Positions 57,120-64,000 of a DNA stretch of 64,000 nucleotides are shown piece by piece; the stretch's first letter is position 1; the number at the start of each line of letters is the position of its first letter. The stretch comes from a bacterium (GTDB lineage: Bacteria > Hinthialibacterota > Hinthialibacteria > Hinthialibacterales > Hinthialibacteraceae). The notes beneath the pieces were generated by a model. The model was not told the DNA's origin. It saw only the letters and a program-made list of their open reading frames with translations, and ran no database searches. Location of the stretch: NCBI GenBank assembly GCA_963663405.2, contig CAXXSM010000122.1:32001-96000 (forward strand), given 5' to 3'. A program made the position numbers and the translations under genes.

Positions 57120-58419
57120 AAGTTATCTCCAGGCTTGTTTTCACGCAAGCAGGAAAAGAGTCAAGCGGAAGCCGAAGAACTGACGTCGGAACTTTACCGC
57201 CAGATTGGACAAATGAAAGTAGAACTTGATTGGGTAAAAAAAAAGTCGAACGTGTTCAGTTAAGAAAAGACGAAGTTGGATCGAACTAACTAATTCTGAG
57301 ATTTCAATAAAGCGGCAATGTGAATTGCTGGGGTTGTCTCGTTCAGGATTTTATTATCAACCCGTGGGCGAATCAGCCGAAAATGTAGCGCTGATGAACC
57401 TGCTTGATGAACAATATACCCGGACACCGTTTTACGGAATTCGGAAAATGCAGAAATGGTTGAGAACTCTAGGACGGGTTGTGAATAAGAAACGAATCGG
57501 TCGTTTAATGCGAGTGATGGGCTTGGAGACGATCTACCCGAAGCCTCGTTTGAGCCTCGGAAATGTTCAGCATAAGAAATATCCATACCTGTTGAAGGGA
57601 GTGAAAATCGAAAGACCCAATCACGTGTGGAGCACCGATATCACCTATATACGTATGCGCCAAGGATTTGTTTACCTGGTGGCGATCTTAGACTGGTTTA
57701 GTCGTTATGTGGTGTCATGGAAAGTCTCCACTTCGATGGAGGTTGACTTTTGCCTCGAAGCGTTGGAGATGGCTTTTGAAATTGATAAGCCAACGATCTT
57801 CAACAGTGACCAAGGCTCTCAATTCACAAGCACGGATTTTACGAGTCGCTTGAAGAAAGAGAGGACTCTCATCAGCATGGATGGAAGAGGCCGAGTGTTC
57901 GATAATATTTTCGTCGAACGGTTATGGCGGTCAGTGAAATATGAGGAGGTCTATATCAAAAGTTACGAAACGGTGAATGATTGTGTGCGCGGACTAACGG
58001 ATTATTTTCAGTTCTACAATAATGAGCGTCTACACCAAGCCTTGGGATATAAGACGCCGCTTCAGGTTTATAGAGAACACTAGAAAACTTGACGGTCCAA
58101 GAACTTTGCGTTTGAGTTTTTTAAGGCATTGGCAAATGCTCTGGATTATCTTGAAATGATCGAAAAAAGGGGATGATCTGATACGTCTCCCGGGCGACAA
58201 TCCGTCGCACACGCACCAGGATATCCCTTGACCGGTTGCTCTACAGCAGAGCCGATCTCCGTTTCTCCTGGTAGTGTATAATATCGGAAAGTTTTATGAG
58301 AATCTGGAATCATCATGATTTCCGGATCCCAAATAAGGAGACTTGAGTTGAACGAAATCGAGGTTGAAAACCTACTTTAAATTTCCTTGATTCCTGTCTA
58401 GACAATGGGGTACACCTCA
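57114..58419 (+). mobile_element. IS3-family element lacking its left end
   Basis: orfA tail ELYRQIGQMKVELDWVKKKS, A9G slippery site at 57236-57245, orfB 57325-58083 (WSTDITY, FNSDQGSQFT, DNIFVERLWRSVKYE); right end ..GGGGTACACCTCA. Confidence 0.85.
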
Positions 58420-58894
58420 ATCTTTTGGCTATAGACTTAAAACCCGTTCAGTAGAAGGAGCGGAAAGGCTCCCTGGTAAAAACAACAGAGCTCTTGCGTT
58501 AATCAGCGCCCATTTGAAAGCGCGCTTAGGCATACCACTTTATTGCCAACAAGAGGTAGCGGACGCCGTAAACGATCAAACGCACATTAAACCAGATTAT
58601 GTAACTCCGGCTAAAGACCTCGGTACGATTGGAGTTCTTGACGCGTTCATGGAAGAAGCAGCCATACAGCGGATAAAAATCGATTCAGCCGTGATTGTCG
58701 GGCATGCGCATCACGTAGCTCGCGTTGCCCTTATACTCGCTGAGCACAATATCACTCCCGTGATCCCTGTTGAATCGTATATAGAGTACGATCCGATGGA
58801 AGCCCAGGAACGAGTGGTCAGTGAACACACCTTCATCGTTTCGGAGTGTGTAAGTGTTGCATCTCATCCCCCTTGGAAAAGATCGTTTTCCTAA
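58420..58894 (+). pseudogene. C-terminal part of a possible YdcF/DUF218-like protein, cut by IS3
   Basis: AVIVGHAHHVARV motif and QQEVADA; no start codon context. Confidence 0.35.
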
Positions 58895-58945
58895 AAAGTA
58901 TCACTGAATGAAAACAATCTATCCTAAAAAAATACATGCTATATC

Positions 58946-58972
58946 GCTCCGCCCTCGGCGGGGCTTCTTTTT
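58946..58972 (+). terminator. Rho-independent terminator
   Basis: GCTCCGCC-CTC-GGCGGGGC hairpin followed by TTCTTTTT. Confidence 0.75.
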
Positions 58973-59264
58973 GTGTGCCAGGCATGGCGTGAATCTAGGA
59001 GGTGAAAATCCTCTCCAGGCCCTAATGGTGGGAACTGGTAGTCGAAAGCAAGGGCGTTGTCGCGAGACGGGGTCTGAAGGAAGCTGGAGACAAAAGTCGG
59101 ACTCGACAAACTGAAATCGGATAAGGGTACTACGCACATTCGTCCGTAAATGGGCGCTAGGAAACCTTCACTTTCCTTCGATCCAAGATGTAATCACCAT
59201 AAAGAATGATATTTTCCCAGGAAATGGGGCTGACATGCTGAATGAAATCGAGGTCGATGTTGTC
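58973..59264 (+). ncRNA. 5' fragment (domain I) of a group IIC intron
   Basis: Starts GTGTGCCAGGCATGGCGTGAATCTAGGAGGTGAAAATCCTCT directly after a terminator; cut by Tn3; no RT ORF. Confidence 0.7.
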
Positions 59265-59336
59265 GGGGTATGTTCGGAATACGTGTAATAAGTAGTCACT
59301 TCAGCCCATTTTCCGAACAGTATGGGTGAGGCCGTG

Positions 59337-60071
59337 TTAAATTCCGATCTCGCCAACCGCCTGCTGATACGCATTCTCAGTACTCTCCAGCGATAAATGT
59401 TGATAAACCTCAAGACTTTTCTTGCTTTCATGTCCGGAAATTAATTGGATTTGCGCATCCGACAACCCTTTAGATGTAAGATACGTGATCATTTGGTGAC
59501 GAAAAAGGTGAGGGTGTATCTTTTGCTCGATGCTAGCCTCTTTGCGGTATTCTTGTACGATTTGCTGCACCCGCCGCGTAGTAAAAGGCCCATTCCGGGT
59601 GGTTTCAAACAGGTACACATTCGCAGGGTTGCTCTTGAGATAGGTTTTTAAGACTAATCGAAAATTTTCCGGAAAGAGAATATACCGGTCTCGAAATCCT
59701 TTTCCTTGCTGGATGAAAATCTTGCAGTTTTCAATATCGATATCACTGACTTTTATCTTGACGAGTTCGCTCACTCGCAGGGCGGTATAAAAAAGGAATT
59801 TCAGCATAATCTCATGCTGTAGATTCCCGCACTGCTGAATGATCTTAAAGAAACGTTTGAGTTCGGAGTCGGGCAGAAGTTGAGGCAGAATGCGTTTTCT
59901 TTTGGGTCTTTTCAATCCTAACTGCTTGCGGGCTTCCTGGCAAACATAGATAAAACCATCGTAATCAAGATGGGCTTTTCGCGCCAAGCGAACGATTTGG
60001 CTTACGGTTTTCGATTTCGCATTTTCGTTTGCGGATACGAAATTGGAAGCCTTTTTTGTTCTTTTTGCCAT
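59337..60071 (-). CDS. Tyrosine recombinase (TnpI-like resolvase)
   Basis: YTALRVSEL, GKG, HPHLFRH, SGH, VY. Confidence 0.9.
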   Translation of the reverse strand: MAKRTKKASNFVSANENAKSKTVSQIVRLARKAHLDYDGFIYVCQEARKQLGLKRPKRKRILPQLLPDSELKRFFKIIQQCGNLQHEIMLKFLFYTALRVSELVKIKVSDIDIENCKIFIQQGKGFRDRYILFPENFRLVLKTYLKSNPANVYLFETTRNGPFTTRRVQQIVQEYRKEASIEQKIHPHLFRHQMITYLTSKGLSDAQIQLISGHESKKSLEVYQHLSLESTENAYQQAVGEIGI

Positions 60072-60169
60072 GAGTAGAGCCCTTTTTCTTCTGTTTTTAT
60101 TCGTCTTTTATCTATTCTGCGAAATCATATATTGTTCCCAATTTCCTGTAAAGTTATCTGAGGATTCCC

Positions 60170-63163
60170 ATGGCTTCAATCGAACGAACGGCTTATCCCT
60201 ATTTCCACAACCAACTTACGGAACAAGAATTAGAAAACTGCTACGAACTGTCTGATCCGGAACGACGTTTTGTCCAGTTGAATGCAAACGGAGCGAGCCA
60301 GCGTCTGACATTAATGGTTATGCTCAAAACGCGCCAGCACCTTGGATATTTCCCCATGCTAAAGCACGTGCCCGAACAAATCCTGGATCACCTTATTAAA
60401 CAATTCGGCTTTTCTCTACCCCCTCCTTTGCTTGACGAGGATAAACTGAAAAAAACACTTCACCGATATCGTAAGGCCATACGAACGTATCTCAACAGCA
60501 AACTCTTTTATGCCCAAGAAGGCCGCAAATGTGTTCAAACTGCTGTTCGCCGCGCGGCTTACACGATGAGTGATCCAGCGGACTTAATTAATGTAGCGAT
60601 TGAAATACTGGTCAAAGAGAACTTCGAACTACCGGCATTTAGTGCACTGGACCGCATGGCCGGTCACATCCGCCAAAAAGTTCATCAAGAATTGTATAAC
60701 AAGATCACTTCAAAACTATCCGCTCAACAGCGACGATCATTGAACACCTTGCTGGAAATACGCTCCGGAGAATCTCAGACAGATTTCAATCGTCTCAAAC
60801 AAGCGCCAGGAACTCCTACACTCAAGCATATGCGATGTTGGGCGGGACGGCTCGCTTGGCTTGACTCGATACTCGATCCAAAACCCTTTTTTGAAGGGAT
60901 CGCCCATACGAAGATTCGTCAGTTCGCTGCGGAGGCAGAGGCCCTCGAAGTTGGAGATATGCGAAAAATCCAGCAACCAGGAAAACAGTACACGTTTCTT
61001 CTGTGTTTGCTTTACCATGCACAGGTTAGAACTCGAGATAACCTGATTGAAATGTTTCTCCGGAGAATGCAGCGTTTACATGCAACAGCCGAGGAGCAGT
61101 TGCATGTATTACAAGAAAAGCATCGTGTGATCGAAGAAGAAATGATTACCGTTCTGGCTGAAGTCCTTGATCAGGAGAACGGTGAGTGTTCTGACAAAGT
61201 ATTAGGCCAACGAGTACGCCAAGTATTGGCTGCACATGGTGGAGTAGACACGCTGAAGATGCAGTATGAAAAGGTCTCTGCTTATCACCACAACAATTAC
61301 TTTCCATTGCTGTGGCCCATTCACGCTCGCAATCGAGCCACGTTGTTTCGGTTGTTGGATTTACTTCAGATTGAGTCGGCCACTCAAGACACCACCTTGC
61401 TCGAGGCCCTGGCTTTCATTCGACGTCACCGTCATACACGGCGAGATTATTTACCTCATGAAATTGCTCTTGATTTTGCGACTCAACGCTGGCAAGCGTT
61501 TGTACAAAAAAAGGTTCGCACCAACAAGGAAGAATCTCTATTGAACCGGCGGTCGTTGGAAATATGTGTTTTTACTTATATAGCCAAGGCTTTGCGAAGC
61601 GGTGATTTGTATGTCGTTGAGTCAGAAGCATATGATGATTACCGCAAACAACTACTACCCTGGGAACAATGTCAAACTCGATTGGCGAATTACTGCAACG
61701 CGCTTGACATTCCAAACAACGGACATCCGTTCGTAACGCAATTGCGTGAGCAACTGATGGAATTTGCTCAGAAGGTCGATAGCAGTTTCCCCGATAACAC
61801 CGAGTTGAGCATTGATGACAATGGAATTCCTCATTTGAAGAAGCAGGGCGCCTTACGTTTACCCGATGGATTTGCCGCGTTTGAAGAAACCGTCAGATCT
61901 CGGATGCCGGAACGTCATCTACTTGATATTCTAAAAAACGTCCAGTACTGGACAGGCTATTCACGGCATTTCGGGCCACCATCGGGAACAGATCCAAAAC
62001 TCGCCGAGGCGATCAAAAAATATATGTTCACCGTTTTTGGTTACGGCTGCAATCTGGGAGCCAGCCAAACCGAACGTCACGCTCCAACGGATATCAACCG
62101 GCACACGCTACGGCGAATTAACGCACAGCACATTACTACGACCAAACTTGAAGCGGCTTTGTGCGATATCATTGCAGAGTTTGTCCGCTTCGAACTTCCC
62201 CAATTCTGGGGCAGTGGAAACGTGGCGATTGCCGATGGAACTCATATCGCATTACGCGAAAACAATCTTCTTGGCGAACGTCATATCCGTTATGGGGAAT
62301 ACGGAGGCATTGCCTATCATCACATCTCTGACATGTACATTGCTTTATTCAGTCACTTCATCGCTTGCGGCGTTTGGGAAGCAGTGTACATCCTCGATGG
62401 TCTGCTCAAGAACACATCGGCTCTACAACCGAACACTGTTCATGCTGACACGCATGGACAAAGTGAACCGGTCTTCGGTTTAGCTAAATTGTTGGGGATC
62501 AAACTCTTTCCTCGTATGCGAACATGGAATGACGTTATATTCTATCGCGTAGACAAGCAGACCACTTATAAACATATTGATGCGTTATTTACGCAAGTGG
62601 TTGACTGGTCATTGATTGAACGGCACTGGCAAGACATGATGCAGGTGGTTCTCTCGATCCAGGCAGGAAATGTGTTACCATCCATGCTGCTCAGAAAACT
62701 CGGTTCGCATAATCGAACCAACAAATTGTACCGGGCTTTCCGGGAACTGGGCCGAGTCGAGCGCACATTATTTCTTTTACGCTATATTTCTGAACCCGAA
62801 TTCCGATTTACGATTCGCTCCGAAACGACAAAAATTGAATCCCATAACAGTTTTCTCGACTGGATATCTTTTGGAGGGCCCATGCTTAAGACAGGTGATC
62901 CTGTCGAGCAAGAAAAACAAATCAAATACACGAACCTTATCGCCAATGCGGTTATGTTACACAACGTAATAGATCTGACGGAAGTTCTCAATACAATGAC
63001 AACGGAAGGTTATGTAGTGACATCCGAATTACTCCGTAGGTTGAGCCCATGTATGACCAGACACCTCCGCCGTTTTGGCCAATACACTTTGGATATGGAG
63101 GCTCGACCCGATCCATTGGTTTTAAATCCATTACAGTTCACCAACAACGAAAATCTGAAGTGA
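60170..63163 (+). CDS. tnpA: Tn3-family transposase
   Basis: 997 aa; MASIERTAYP, ADGT, HIRYG, DTHGQSE, LYRAFRELGRVERTLF, HLRRFGQY. Confidence 0.96.
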   Translation: MASIERTAYPYFHNQLTEQELENCYELSDPERRFVQLNANGASQRLTLMVMLKTRQHLGYFPMLKHVPEQILDHLIKQFGFSLPPPLLDEDKLKKTLHRYRKAIRTYLNSKLFYAQEGRKCVQTAVRRAAYTMSDPADLINVAIEILVKENFELPAFSALDRMAGHIRQKVHQELYNKITSKLSAQQRRSLNTLLEIRSGESQTDFNRLKQAPGTPTLKHMRCWAGRLAWLDSILDPKPFFEGIAHTKIRQFAAEAEALEVGDMRKIQQPGKQYTFLLCLLYHAQVRTRDNLIEMFLRRMQRLHATAEEQLHVLQEKHRVIEEEMITVLAEVLDQENGECSDKVLGQRVRQVLAAHGGVDTLKMQYEKVSAYHHNNYFPLLWPIHARNRATLFRLLDLLQIESATQDTTLLEALAFIRRHRHTRRDYLPHEIALDFATQRWQAFVQKKVRTNKEESLLNRRSLEICVFTYIAKALRSGDLYVVESEAYDDYRKQLLPWEQCQTRLANYCNALDIPNNGHPFVTQLREQLMEFAQKVDSSFPDNTELSIDDNGIPHLKKQGALRLPDGFAAFEETVRSRMPERHLLDILKNVQYWTGYSRHFGPPSGTDPKLAEAIKKYMFTVFGYGCNLGASQTERHAPTDINRHTLRRINAQHITTTKLEAALCDIIAEFVRFELPQFWGSGNVAIADGTHIALRENNLLGERHIRYGEYGGIAYHHISDMYIALFSHFIACGVWEAVYILDGLLKNTSALQPNTVHADTHGQSEPVFGLAKLLGIKLFPRMRTWNDVIFYRVDKQTTYKHIDALFTQVVDWSLIERHWQDMMQVVLSIQAGNVLPSMLLRKLGSHNRTNKLYRAFRELGRVERTLFLLRYISEPEFRFTIRSETTKIESHNSFLDWISFGGPMLKTGDPVEQEKQIKYTNLIANAVMLHNVIDLTEVLNTMTTEGYVVTSELLRRLSPCMTRHLRRFGQYTLDMEARPDPLVLNPLQFTNNENLK

Positions 63164-63202
63164 CTACTTATTACACGTATTCCGAACATACCCCTTGTTT
63201 TG

Positions 63203-64000
63203 TTAAGCCAGTATTTCTTCAAGCGTTTTGAGACTTTTTTTATGCTTGGCGGGATTCTTCTCGATCAGTTTTTGTAGATTCTTCTGTTTCCAGCGAACCG
63301 CTGGCATGTTCTTCAGAATGGGCGACGGAAATAAATCCCATTCAGGTTCGCCTTTCTTAAAGCTAATCAAAAACCGTTTGTCTTTGTCACTCATACTCTT
63401 GTGAATTTCTTTTACAAGCCTTTCTCGTGTTTCCTCAAATTGTTCGTAGGAGAAGGGTTCCAATGTCATGCCCTTAAACTTTTTTTCGAACGTATCTTTT
63501 TGATCCAGAAAGTTAGGATGGATCATTTCATTAATTGGCCGTCCGCCGCCTAACAAAATGGCAAGAAACCCGGTTTTGACGGCATCGGTAATCCCTTCTT
63601 TTTGCAAAAGGTTATGAACGTCAAACAAGTCGCGTGGATGCTGGCGGTCCAGTGCGGCACAGATTTTCCCGCCAAATAGTTCTTGATGGGAGATCACCTT
63701 GATCGCTGCGAATTTCTTGAAGGCCGCTTCGACAACATCGGAAACCGGCATAACGCGGCTCGGCCATATTTCGCCACGCAACGTCGTATTAACTTCGATA
63801 ATGATGTCGGCTGTAGAGGGTCTTTGCAGAATGACCGAGAGTTTGGCTTCCGCTCCATCACTCTGGCTTATGGTTTTAACGTCAACCTCAGGAAGGGCCG
63901 ATTCCAAACGGTTCTTTATACGTCCCAGACCGTTGGCGATATTCTCCAGGGCGGTATTTCTACTGTCCAACGGTGTATAGCAAAGATCAATATCGACGGA
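63203..64000 (-). CDS. AbiEii/AbiGii nucleotidyltransferase toxin (type IV TA), 5' end outside window
   Basis: SVDIDL at the edge, IEVN, ELFGGKICAALDRQHPRDLFD, PAVRWK. Confidence 0.88.
   Translation of the reverse strand, partial: SVDIDLCYTPLDSRNTALENIANGLGRIKNRLESALPEVDVKTISQSDGAEAKLSVILQRPSTADIIIEVNTTLRGEIWPSRVMPVSDVVEAAFKKFAAIKVISHQELFGGKICAALDRQHPRDLFDVHNLLQKEGITDAVKTGFLAILLGGGRPINEMIHPNFLDQKDTFEKKFKGMTLEPFSYEQFEETRERLVKEIHKSMSDKDKRFLISFKKGEPEWDLFPSPILKNMPAVRWKQKNLQKLIEKNPAKHKKSLKTLEEILA

Larger units (their letters stand above)
59265..63194 (+). mobile_element. Tn3-family transposon with tyrosine-recombinase resolvase
   Basis: Perfect 40-bp IRs GGGGTATGTTCGGAATACGTGTAATAAGTAGTCACTTCAG; flanks TTGTC / TTGTT. 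Confidence 0.95.

Noticed and set aside
59337-60071. Integron integrase
   Set aside because: Lacks the IntI-specific insertion, lies within Tn3 IRs, and no attC cassette array is seen.
331-63980. Many short antisense or nested ORFs in the six-frame track
   Set aside because: They overlap well-supported genes and show no motifs or RBS; treated as shadow ORFs.

Overview
Bacterial chromosomal window (about 50% GC) in two parts. Many genes are split by single-base indels, most likely long-read homopolymer errors. 1-28.7 kb is core/metabolic. It holds a sulfate-linked signalling cluster (histidine kinase, CBS protein, receiver-SLC13 permease fusion, receiver, sigma54 activator divergent from a cysC with a -24/-12 promoter), three sulfatases, an FGE-domain protein, a tandem sialidase, GH172/DUF2961, queF, UvrD/PcrA, oligopeptidase B, an IS4-type element sitting in REP-like palindromes, and tRNA-Trp. 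28.7-64 kb is accessory. A ~19.5 kb island integrated at tRNA-Trp (45-bp att repeat at 48125-48169, intact integrase) carries an IS-dismantled class I DISARM operon, an intact pentapeptide-repeat/TIR gene with a divergent zinc-ribbon membrane protein, a terminase small-subunit relic and several IS. After the island come a VCBS protein, a SagB-type nitroreductase, a Tn3-derived MITE, a second ISL3, an orphan two-gene unit resembling a very divergent ECF sigma factor plus partner, a truncated IS3, the 5' end of a group IIC intron, a Tn3-family transposon with a tyrosine-recombinase resolvase, and an AbiEii toxin at the edge. Best candidates for something undescribed: the pentapeptide-TIR/zinc-ribbon pair, the ECF-like pair, and the receiver-SLC13/sigma54-cysC circuit. 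All calls come from reading the sequence and ORF track; no database searches were run.
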